Part shown: piece after piece, positions 1-10,222 of the stretch
How positions within the stretch are numbered: the first letter of the stretch is position 1
How the letters are laid out: the number at the start of each line of letters is the position of its first letter
Assembly: GCF_004376175.1 (NCBI RefSeq)
Contig: NZ_SNUY01000046.1
Coordinates: 1-32,000, forward strand
Length of the DNA stretch: 32,000 nt
From: Halalkalibacterium halodurans
Lineage (GTDB): Bacteria > Bacillota > Bacilli > Bacillales > Bacillaceae_D
Direction of reading: 5' to 3'
Made by a program: the position numbers and the translations under genes
The notes under the pieces: model-generated
Told to the model about the DNA's origin: nothing
The model's database searches: none
The model's input: the letters and a program-made list of their open reading frames with translations, nothing else

Positions 1-58
1 CCCCGCGGGGGGCCTGCATAAAAGGAATGCCATAACCTACATTTTTATTCTGCCATAA

Positions 59-453
59 ACACTGTTACGCGAATTGAAGAAGTTTAAATTAAAGCAAAAC
101 GAGCTAATTTTAAGTGACAAGCGGTTTCAAAAAAATGAAGAAGGAATCATGTTTCAAAACTACTTAGGTAATCTACTGTACGTGAATCGATAATCAAATA
201 CTGCAAAAAAGCAGGTGTAGAATATAAAGGTACTCACGGCTTCCGACATACACATGCCGTTTTGCTTCTTGAGTCAGGAGCAAGCATTAAATTCGTATCT
301 AAGCGGTTGGGACACAAAACAATTAAAACTACTGCTGACACTTACCTAGATATTACGGAGAAAATAGAAGAAGACGAACTCAAAAAGTTCGCCTCCTACA
401 CTAGCAGAAAATCTGAATCGGCACAAAATCGGCACGTGCCAGATTCTTTATAA
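59..453 (+). pseudogene. Tyrosine recombinase (phage-type integrase) C-terminal remnant, frameshifted and lacking its N-terminal half
   Basis: Frame 2 (59-193) reads TLLRELKKFKLKQNELILSDKRFQKNEEGIMFQNYLGNLLYVNR*. Frame 1 (172-453) continues ...KYCKKAGVEYKGTHGFRHTHAVLLLESGASIKFVSKRLGHKTIKTTADTYLD.... The HxxR box, second His and catalytic Tyr are present, but a frameshift near 180-190 is needed and stops lie upstream at 56-58. Confidence 0.8.
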
Positions 454-456
454 TTC

Positions 457-497
457 AAACCCCGGCATAACCCCCATTATACCAAGGTTTTTTGTTT
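457..497. terminator. Candidate bidirectional hairpin between the integrase remnant and sufB
   Basis: AAACCCCGG...CCAAGGTTT stem followed by TTTTTTGTTT on the + strand. In the minus-strand RNA the two mismatches become G-U pairs. The loop is 16 nt, which is long. Confidence 0.35.
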
Positions 498-498
498 A

Positions 499-1896
499 TT
501 ATCCAATCGACCCTTCCATTTCGAACTTGATTAGACGGTTCATTTCAACCGCGTATTCCATTGGAAGTTCTTTTGTGAATGGCTCAATGAAGCCCATGAC
601 GATCATTTCCGTTGCTTCTTCTTCAGAGATTCCGCGACTCATCAAGTAGAAGAGCTGATCTTCCGATACTTTAGAAACGGTCGCTTCATGCTCCAACGTA
701 ATGTCGTTGTTTAAAATTTCGTTGTACGGGATCGTATCTGAAGTGGATTCGTTATCCATGATCAGCGTATCGCACTCAATTTTTGATTTCGATCCTTGTG
801 ATTTACGGCCGAAGTGGGCAATTCCTCGGTAAGATACTTTTCCGCCCTGCTTGGAAATGGACTTCGACACGATCGTTGAGGAACAGTTTGGCGCCAAGTG
901 AAGCACTTTCGCTCCTGCGTCTTGGTGCTGCCCTTTTCCTGCGATCGCGATGGAAAGAATCGTCCCTTTCGCCCCTTCCCCTTTCATAATGACCGCTGGG
1001 TACTTCATCGTTAGCTTGGAGCCGATGTTTCCATCGATCCATTCCATTGTCGCGTTTTCGTATGCGACCGCACGCTTGGTTACGAGATTATACACGTTCG
1101 GCGCCCAGTTTTGGATCGTCGTATAACGGCAGTACGCATCCTTTTTGACAATGATTTCAACAACCGCACTATGCAAGGAGTTTGTTGTGTACACAGGAGC
1201 TGTACAGCCTTCTACATAGTGGACAGAGCTGTCTTCATCGGCAATGATAAGCGTACGCTCGAATTGTCCCATGTTTTCTGAGTTAATACGGAAGTACGCT
1301 TGCAATGGCGTCTCCGTTTTTACGCCTTTTGGTACGTAAATGAACGATCCCCCAGACCATACAGCCGAGTTTAACGCGGCAAATTTGTTGTCGGTTGGTG
1401 GAATGATCGTACCGAAGTATTCTTTAAAAATATCTTCGTTTTCCTTCAGAGCAGAGTCTGTATCTTTGAAGATAATTCCTAGCTCTTCAAGATCCTCTTT
1501 CATGTTGTGGTAAACCACTTCAGATTCGTACTGAGCGGAAACCCCTGCAAGATATTTTTGCTCTGCTTCTGGAATTCCAAGCTTATCGAATGTGTTTTTG
1601 ATTTCTTCAGGTACTTCATCCCAAGAACGCTCAGATTTTTCAGATGGCTTAACGTAATACGTGATGTCGTCAAAATCAAGCTCTGTTAAGTCTCCGCCCC
1701 ATTGTGGCATTGGCATTTTGTAAAATTGCTCAAGCGACTTTAAGCGGAAATCGAGCATCCATTGTGGCTCCTGTTTCATGCGGGAGATTTCCTCTACGAT
1801 TTCCCGAGTTAATCCGCGCTTCGAACGGAAAATCGACACGTCCCGATCAGAAAACCCATATTTGTATTCGCCGATTTCAGGCATTTTCTTTGCCAT
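499..1896 (-). CDS. sufB: Fe-S cluster assembly protein SufB
   Basis: The ORF translation from [25 protein letters not shown]... is collinear with Bacillus SufB. ATG at 1896 follows GGAGGG (1903-1908). It is the last gene of the suf cluster. Confidence 0.97.
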   Translation of the reverse strand: MAKKMPEIGEYKYGFSDRDVSIFRSKRGLTREIVEEISRMKQEPQWMLDFRLKSLEQFYKMPMPQWGGDLTELDFDDITYYVKPSEKSERSWDEVPEEIKNTFDKLGIPEAEQKYLAGVSAQYESEVVYHNMKEDLEELGIIFKDTDSALKENEDIFKEYFGTIIPPTDNKFAALNSAVWSGGSFIYVPKGVKTETPLQAYFRINSENMGQFERTLIIADEDSSVHYVEGCTAPVYTTNSLHSAVVEIIVKKDAYCRYTTIQNWAPNVYNLVTKRAVAYENATMEWIDGNIGSKLTMKYPAVIMKGEGAKGTILSIAIAGKGQHQDAGAKVLHLAPNCSSTIVSKSISKQGGKVSYRGIAHFGRKSQGSKSKIECDTLIMDNESTSDTIPYNEILNNDITLEHEATVSKVSEDQLFYLMSRGISEEEATEMIVMGFIEPFTKELPMEYAVEMNRLIKFEMEGSIG

Positions 1897-1933
1897 GGGA
1901 AAAACCCTCCTTTTATTCATTACACAAGGACCA

Positions 1934-4891
<2,958 letters not shown>

Positions 4892-4938
4892 ACTAACCCA
4901 CCCTTTTCGTTGATTCTGTTTACTATAAACGGATTGCT

Positions 4939-5730
4939 TTACGCTTCTTGACCTTCACTTACACGCTCATCTTCAATTCCAAGCTCTTCCTTAATCCAGT
5001 CATAACCTTCTGCTTCAAGACGTTGCGCAAGCTCAGGGCCACCTGATTTTACGATCCGTCCTTGCATCATGACGTGAACTTTGTCTGGAGTGATGTAGTT
5101 CAAGAGACGCTGATAGTGGGTAATGATGAGACAGCCAAATTCAGATCCACGCATGGCGTTAACACCTTGAGAAACGACTTTCAATGCATCGATATCAAGA
5201 CCAGAGTCGATTTCGTCAAGAATCGCAATTTTCGGCTCCAGCATCATGAGTTGAAGAATTTCATTACGTTTCTTTTCACCGCCAGAGAATCCTTCGTTTA
5301 AGTAACGATGAGCAAATGATTCGTCCATATCAAGTAGATCCATCTTTTCATCAAGCTGACGAATAAACTTCATTAATGAAATTTCATCGCCTTCTTCACG
5401 CTGTGCATTAATGGCAGAACGTAAAAAGTCTGAGTTTGTCACCCCGCTAATTTCACTTGGGTACTGCATGGCTAAGAACATACCTGCTTTCGCACGCTCG
5501 TCCACTTCCATTTCAAGCACGTCTTCGCCGTTTAACGTGACGCTTCCGCTTGTGATTTCATATTTAGGGTGTCCCATAATCGCCGAAGCGAGGGTTGATT
5601 TACCTGTTCCGTTTGGCCCCATGATAGCATGAATTTCGCCACCATTTACTTCAAGGCTAAAATCCTTTAAAATTTCTTTTCCTTCAATCGTAACATGAAG
5701 ATTTTCGATTTTTAAACTAGGTGCTGACAT
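4939..5730 (-). CDS. sufC: Fe-S cluster assembly ATPase SufC
   Basis: Walker A GPNGTGKST, signature FSGGEKKR, Walker B ILDEIDSGLD. The preferred start MSAPSLKIENL at 5730 is preceded by GGAGGT (5737-5742). Confidence 0.96.
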   Translation of the reverse strand: MSAPSLKIENLHVTIEGKEILKDFSLEVNGGEIHAIMGPNGTGKSTLASAIMGHPKYEITSGSVTLNGEDVLEMEVDERAKAGMFLAMQYPSEISGVTNSDFLRSAINAQREEGDEISLMKFIRQLDEKMDLLDMDESFAHRYLNEGFSGGEKKRNEILQLMMLEPKIAILDEIDSGLDIDALKVVSQGVNAMRGSEFGCLIITHYQRLLNYITPDKVHVMMQGRIVKSGGPELAQRLEAEGYDWIKEELGIEDERVSEGQEA

Positions 5731-5831
5731 GAACATAACCTCCAATAAATATTTGTTAACGGCGAAGCTGAGCACACAGATAGGGGCTCTCGCCTAAAAA
5801 ATCATTCTCAATTTATTCTCATTACAATCTT

Positions 5832-5860
5832 ATAATATATCCAATTAAACTTCAAGACAA
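5832..5860 (-). promoter_or_regulatory. Candidate sigma-A promoter of the suf operon
   Basis: On the minus strand, TTGTCT (5860-5855), a 17-nt spacer, then TATTAT (5837-5832). It lies about 100 nt upstream of the sufC ATG and about 35 bp from the IS630 end. Confidence 0.4.
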
Positions 5861-5915
5861 CTCGTTTAATCTTTCACAAAGAAAAGAGGCTGTCTATATA
5901 AGTTGAATTTATCTT

Positions 5916-6482
5916 TTACAATCGAATGCACAATCGATCAATAACTTTTCTAGGTGAGTCATTTAACTCACGAATAAAAGCTTGCACATTTCTTCGAATC
6001 TCTTTAACAGAGGAATAAAAAAGGTTATTAATTACGTCTGATTTGAGCCATTTCCATAACCCTTCAATGAGATTTAACTCAGGGCTGTAAGGTGGTAAAA
6101 AAACCAATTCTAAACGATGTTGGTGGTTACGCAAAAAAGGTTCAATCAGCTTCGCATGATGAATACGGGCATTATCTAACACCATGACAATCTTACCGGT
6201 CGGATAGTGTTTCAATACCTTTTGAAGAAAACGAAGAAACGCTTCGGCATCGTATCGTTCTTCTTCTACACAAAGCACATCTCCCGTTTCATAATTAAGT
6301 GTACCGATGAGTTTGACACCCTGGTGCTTTCCATAAGTCGGAATGATTCGTTGCTTGCCTTTTAAAAACCATGTGTATTGAAGAGCTTGGTAATCCCGAA
6401 TCATCGACTCATCTTGAAAGAGAAGATGGTCAATCTCCTCATTTAAGAGTTTTTTTATAGGCAGGGAACGTCTCTTCCACAA
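5916..6482 (-). CDS. IS630-family transposase, DDE catalytic part (orfB, no independent start)
   Basis: Contains LFQDES..., VLDNARIHH and PPYSPELNLIEGLW, the DD(34)E-type motifs of the IS630/Tc1 superfamily. It lies in the +1 frame relative to orfA and overlaps it across the A7 run (T7 on the + strand, 6450-6456). Confidence 0.85.
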   Translation of the reverse strand: MWKRRSLPIKKLLNEEIDHLLFQDESMIRDYQALQYTWFLKGKQRIIPTYGKHQGVKLIGTLNYETGDVLCVEEERYDAEAFLRFLQKVLKHYPTGKIVMVLDNARIHHAKLIEPFLRNHQHRLELVFLPPYSPELNLIEGLWKWLKSDVINNLFYSSVKEIRRNVQAFIRELNDSPRKVIDRLCIRL

Positions 6483-6960
6483 ACTCTTTTTGTTTCAACG
6501 GGTCAGCTTTTGCCAGCGTATAAGTCGGTTTGGTATAACTAAGGCCTAAATCGTGTAAAAGTCGAGAGACACCACGAAGAGTATACGGTTGGTTCCATTT
6601 TTTCTCGATAAATGAAGCAATGATCTTTAACGTCCAATTATACTTAGCTGGGAAGCCAACATCTACGGGAAGTTTGGTCGCAATCACTTGAGCCAATTCC
6701 TGTTCTTGTTCGGGTGTTAATTTGCGTGGCGCTCCAGGTGATTGTCCCATGGTTAAGCCATCTAGTCCCTTTTCTTCGTAGGCATTCACATAGTTATAGA
6801 TAGTTTTTTCGGAACGCCCAATCATGGTTGTGATTTCTTTTTTAGAATAGCCTTGTAAATAAAAGTAAATCGCTTGATAACGTTCATACATTCGTTTATC
6901 TTTGGTCGTTTTCATCGCTGTAAGCAAGGTTTCGATTTCATGTTGACGTGAATGGGTCAT
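6439..6960 (-). CDS. IS630-family transposase, N-terminal HTH part (orfA)
   Basis: 173 aa with winged-helix/HTH-like segments (KEITTMIGRSEKTIYNYV; RGVSRLLHDLGLSY). Ends just after an A7 run shared with orfB. Confidence 0.85.
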   Translation of the reverse strand: MTHSRQHEIETLLTAMKTTKDKRMYERYQAIYFYLQGYSKKEITTMIGRSEKTIYNYVNAYEEKGLDGLTMGQSPGAPRKLTPEQEQELAQVIATKLPVDVGFPAKYNWTLKIIASFIEKKWNQPYTLRGVSRLLHDLGLSYTKPTYTLAKADPLKQKEFVEETFPAYKKTLK

Positions 6961-7302
6961 CTCGTTCCTCTCCGTTCATTGGTAAGTGTTACCCTTATAT
7001 TTCAACAGAGAGTAATTGTAATCCTTTAATTCAACTTATATAGAAAGCGAGCTCCAACAAATTTCTTCACTTCATGACCCCCATCCCCTATATGTAATTT
7101 TCATCTAGTCTGACTAAAGTGACAATGAATCGATCGTAAACTTCCCTGAAAATAAACCTCCCCTCGTTTGCTATATCCTATTCTAACTTAGTTGAATTAC
7201 GATTCCAAGGTGAATGAACGATGAAACGATAAATATTAAATAAAATTGTTGGAAAACTTTTCGACTTTCGGGAAAATGACCCGTATTAATTATCTATAGA
7301 AG

Positions 7303-7337
7303 AAAAAAACAGAGAAGCTAAAATACTGCCTCTCTGC
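7303..7337 (-). terminator. Intrinsic terminator after the 62-aa ORF
   Basis: Minus-strand hairpin GCAGAGAGG...CTTCTCTG followed by TTTTTTT (A-run 7303-7309 on the + strand). Confidence 0.6.
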
Positions 7338-7349
7338 TCGTTATGATTT

Positions 7350-7538
7350 TTATGCTGACCGTCTCACAACCCCAGTCAACCGAAATGCTTGTTTATATTC
7401 CCTCTCTCTTTCTTTTTCCACATCGATCCGCTTCTCTAAATCCTGACTGTATTCAGCATAGCTCATACCATGAGATTGGTGCATCGCCTTCTCCATCTCA
7501 GTTGTTACATTGAGCTTAGATAAATGGATAGAAATCAT
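7350..7538 (-). CDS. Small hypothetical protein (62 aa, or 48 aa from the internal Met)
   Basis: An ORF with a charged coiled-coil-like sequence (EKRIDVEKEREREYKQ), GAAGGAAGG directly upstream and a terminator downstream. I recognise no family. Confidence 0.45.
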   Translation of the reverse strand: MISIHLSKLNVTTEMEKAMHQSHGMSYAEYSQDLEKRIDVEKEREREYKQAFRLTGVVRRSA

Positions 7539-7687
7539 CCTTCCTTCGTTTTCGTTTCACGAATAGCGTAACATACAAAACGAAGGGAACCAATGCTAGT
7601 CACCGAGAGTCTCACGCGATTCCTTCTAATCATAAGGGGCTACGCAATGTCAGATGATTTACGCTTACAATTACGCGATCCGACCCA

Positions 7688-8131
7688 TTAATGCTTCATA
7701 TTTTGGTTTTGACCTTGCTTTTGGTTTTGACCGTTTTGACTGTCTTGTTGATCTTGTTGACCTTGTTCTCCATTATTTTGTCCGAACTCATTCATGGCTT
7801 CTTGAACGAGCGTGACGGCCTGGCTCATGGCGGCCCCTCCACCAAAAGCAGCAGTCACTCCAATCGCTTCCAGAATCTCTTCTTCTGAGCAATCTTGGTC
7901 CATGCATCCTTTTGTATGATAAATGATGCAATATTCATCTTGGGCAAAAACGCTAACACCTAGGGCGATCAACTGTTTCTGTTTTTGCGAAAGCTCCCCT
8001 TTTGCGAAGCAAGCTTCAGTAAACGCATTGTACTTTTCTGCAATCTCCGGCATCTTCTGTTGAAAGGTGCCAAGCCCTTCTTTATAATCCATTAGTGCCA
8101 TTTCCATCGGGTTCATTTGTTGTTGATCCAT
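7688..8131 (-). CDS. Carboxymuconolactone decarboxylase / AhpD-like family protein (yurZ-like) with a Q/N-rich tail
   Basis: CMD-type core ...[23 protein letters not shown]... (the E-x-C-x3-H pattern). ATG at 8131 ([13 protein letters not shown]) follows AAGGAGG (8139-8145). It occupies the same position as B. subtilis yurZ, between sufC and metQ. Confidence 0.8.
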   Translation of the reverse strand: MDQQQMNPMEMALMDYKEGLGTFQQKMPEIAEKYNAFTEACFAKGELSQKQKQLIALGVSVFAQDEYCIIYHTKGCMDQDCSEEEILEAIGVTAAFGGGAAMSQAVTLVQEAMNEFGQNNGEQGQQDQQDSQNGQNQKQGQNQNMKH

Positions 8132-8276
8132 CGTACAACCTCCTTTGCTTTTCAACGTCTTTAGTATGAGATCGAACTACATAATTCATTCGAATAATGA
8201 TTCAAAAGCATCCTTGCAAAACAAGAAAAAAACCTTTATCGTGAAAAAAGGTGAAAGAAATGATGGGAACAGCATA

Positions 8277-8313
8277 GGAAAAGACGACCGAAATGGGCGT
8301 TCGACCGTCTTTT
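8277..8313 (-). terminator. Intrinsic terminator of the AgrD-like peptide gene
   Basis: In the minus-strand RNA, GACGGUCGAA / UUCGGUCGUC forms a 10-bp stem with two G-U pairs, followed by UUUUCC. On the + strand the same positions are A-C mismatches, so the hairpin is specific to the minus strand. Confidence 0.75.
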
Positions 8314-8320
8314 CTTTACA

Positions 8321-8443
8321 TTATTTTTGTTTCTTTAAGCTATTAGGAATCTTTGGCGCATATATGAGTGGGCTAGACGCATTGACAAACGCTTTTGAGA
8401 TTCCAAGAGTCGCTTTTGAAATGACTTTAGCTGTTCTCTTCAT
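8321..8443 (-). CDS. agrD: AgrD-like autoinducing-peptide precursor (40 aa, below the ORF-track cutoff)
   Basis: Hand translation gives MKRTAKVISKATLGISKAFVNASSPLIYAPKIPNSLKKQK*. GGAGGTG lies 7 nt upstream of the ATG (8443), and a terminator lies 8 nt past the stop. The layout is a basic amphipathic N-terminal part, a short core, then a Pro-containing charged tail (KIPNSL). That Pro sits 10 residues after Ser23, matching the Cys-to-Pro spacing in S. aureus AgrD as I recall it. Confidence 0.6.
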   Translation of the reverse strand: MKRTAKVISKATLGISKAFVNASSPLIYAPKIPNSLKKQK

Positions 8444-8589
8444 TCGTTTCACCTCCCTCTATAAATTAAGATTTTCTTCAAAATGCTTTAAATATCTTAG
8501 AATTTCATTGCCTTTTGTTATCCTCTGATTAGATGAAACTTGCATTTCATGCATTTGTTGGAAATATGAATGCCATCCTGGTAGAGATC

Positions 8590-8842
8590 ATGCTTTCTCG
8601 CTTTAAAAATATGATCGCACCAGTGGATCTCCACATTTCTCTGGGGGTTACCCTCCCATTTCTCTCAGGGTCTTTGCCCGCACATTCCTTCGTCCAACCT
8701 AACCAGAGGTGGAGGCCTGTAAAAGCTCCTTTGCAGGGTCTATGCCCGAATGGTGAAATTAATCAACAGGCTTCTCCGTGCTTCGCTTTTCAAGGATCTG
8801 CACACCTAGATATTTAAAGATATTTGTGTTTCTTCAACATGA
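8590..8842 (-). ncRNA. Candidate IS110/IS1111-type bridge (seek) RNA in the 3' non-coding arm
   Basis: A roughly 250-nt non-coding stretch just 3' of the transposase stop, GC-richer by eye than its flanks. It holds several local hairpins (for example CCTGCAAAGGAGCTTTTACAGG) and an internal direct repeat AGAGAAATGGGAG / AGAGAAATGTGGAG. The + strand ORFs here have no RBS. Confidence 0.3.
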
Positions 8843-10126
8843 CTAAGCAGCATTCTGTATTTGTTGCAAGCGGATGTGTCCGAGACATTTTTCTCCATTG
8901 TAAGACACACGCTTGTGTCCTAAGCTAAATAACACGCGAATCAACTTACAGCACAACGCGATCATGGATTGTTGTTTTTTCAACGGATTCTCGGAGCGTG
9001 TCGTTAAGTACTCATGCATTTGCTTGAACTCCCGATTCTTCGCCACCATGGGGCGTATCGCTGCATACAACAGGGATCTCAGTTTGGGGCGTCCCCGCTT
9101 GGTAATGCGGGTTTGACCTCTGAACTTGCCTGAGGTATTTTCTCGCAGATTGAATCCTGCCAGTTTTTGAACCTGTCGTGGGTGCGTGTAGTTGGACAGA
9201 TCGCCAACCTCAGCCAGGAAGCCAGCCACTGTCACTAGTCCCACGCCTGGAATACTCATCATGTAGGGCACAGCTGGAATCTGCTCTAGTAATGCTTCTA
9301 CATCTTGCATGAGCTGTTCCATTTGTCCACACAAACACTGGTATTGTTCCATCAAGCTTTGGAGTTCTTGCCTAGCCATTGACAGACCTTCCGTAAGACC
9401 AACAGAACGCTTGGCGGCCGCCACAAGCGCATTGGCTCGCTTGATCCCTATGGCTCGTTTCACTTCTTGCTTCCAGTGTCTTAGGATCTTTTCCGCACCC
9501 AGATTGATGATTTCTTGCGGGAGAGGAAACGCCTCTAGCGTCATCAGTGCAGCCTTTCCTTCCCAAATCTTAAACACCTCATGAAATTCAGGGAAAAAGC
9601 GATCCAGCCAGTTGAGAATACGCCCCCGAACGCGTTGTAAGTCTTCTTGTAGACGGTCTCGCAGGTTCATCCCATTACGTAATTCAGCATATATGCCAGT
9701 GGGGACTTGGGGTTCAGAGTACCGTCCGTCTTTGACCAATTGAGCGATGACTCGGGCATCCTTTACATCATTTTTGGTGGGCGAATTGTCATCTAATTCC
9801 TTGCTCTTCTTCACATGCATCGGATTGACGACAACATACTTAATCCCTTCATGGCGCAGAAACTGGGCAAATGCCATCCAGTAATGCCCTGTGGGCTCAA
9901 AACCTACAATGACATCCGGTTTGGCATGTTCTCGCATGAGGCTCTTCATCCACAAACGAAATCGTTGAAATCCGGCTCTGCTGTTTTCAATGTTCATTGG
10001 CTTGCCAAATTCAATTCCTCTGGCATCTTGAGCTCTAGCCACATGGTTCTCCTTGGCGATATCCACGCCAATAACGAGTGTTGATTCGGTGATTTGCTTG
10101 ATTTTGTGATTTTGGTTATACTTCAT
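8843..10126 (-). CDS. IS110-family (DEDD) transposase/recombinase
   Basis: 427 aa. N-terminal RuvC-like DEDD motifs are VIGVDIAKENH, GFEPTGHYW and NDVKDARVIA. The C-terminal Transposase_20-like region reads IPGVGLVTVAGFLAEVGD...SGKFRGQTRITKRGRPKLR. AAGGAGG precedes the ATG. Confidence 0.93.
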   Translation of the reverse strand: MKYNQNHKIKQITESTLVIGVDIAKENHVARAQDARGIEFGKPMNIENSRAGFQRFRLWMKSLMREHAKPDVIVGFEPTGHYWMAFAQFLRHEGIKYVVVNPMHVKKSKELDDNSPTKNDVKDARVIAQLVKDGRYSEPQVPTGIYAELRNGMNLRDRLQEDLQRVRGRILNWLDRFFPEFHEVFKIWEGKAALMTLEAFPLPQEIINLGAEKILRHWKQEVKRAIGIKRANALVAAAKRSVGLTEGLSMARQELQSLMEQYQCLCGQMEQLMQDVEALLEQIPAVPYMMSIPGVGLVTVAGFLAEVGDLSNYTHPRQVQKLAGFNLRENTSGKFRGQTRITKRGRPKLRSLLYAAIRPMVAKNREFKQMHEYLTTRSENPLKKQQSMIALCCKLIRVLFSLGHKRVSYNGEKCLGHIRLQQIQNAA

Positions 10127-10222
10127 CTTGAGTCCTCCTTCGTACTAATTAAGGATCAGTAGCTACTGATACCTCGTATCGTACAGGAGGGCTCTTTCTG
10201 TTTCAAACCTCAAATTCTTTCA

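Larger units (their letters stand above)
5894..7043 (-). mobile_element. IS630-family insertion sequence (about 1.15 kb)
   Basis: Perfect 16-bp terminal inverted repeats CTATATAAGTTGAATT (5894-5909) and AATTCAACTTATATAG (7028-7043). TA dinucleotides at both junctions fit TA target duplication. The element encodes HTH and DDE transposase halves. Confidence 0.9.
8590..10205 (-). mobile_element. IS110-family insertion sequence (boundaries approximate)
   Basis: A transposase gene with a short 5' leader (under 100 nt, holding a perfect 16-bp palindrome at 10155-10170) and a long 3' arm. No terminal inverted repeats are visible, as expected for this family. The ends are inferred only from a composition shift and the flanking agrB and agrD-like genes. 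Confidence 0.6.

Noticed and set aside
7688-7780. The Gln/Asn-rich, prion-like C-terminal tail of the CMD protein ([28 protein letters not shown]).
   Set aside because: This is a low-complexity extension whose function cannot be inferred from sequence. Similar Q-rich stretches occur in the CotF-like protein here, so it probably reflects lineage composition.
8145-8817. The + strand ORFs of 127 aa (8145-8528) and 94 aa (8533-8817) in the track.
   Set aside because: Neither has an SD, and the first starts at a TTG. The first runs antisense to the well-supported AgrD-like gene and its strand-specific terminator. The second lies in the IS110 non-coding arm. Their sequences are low in complexity or Cys/Pro-rich, as expected for out-of-frame noise.
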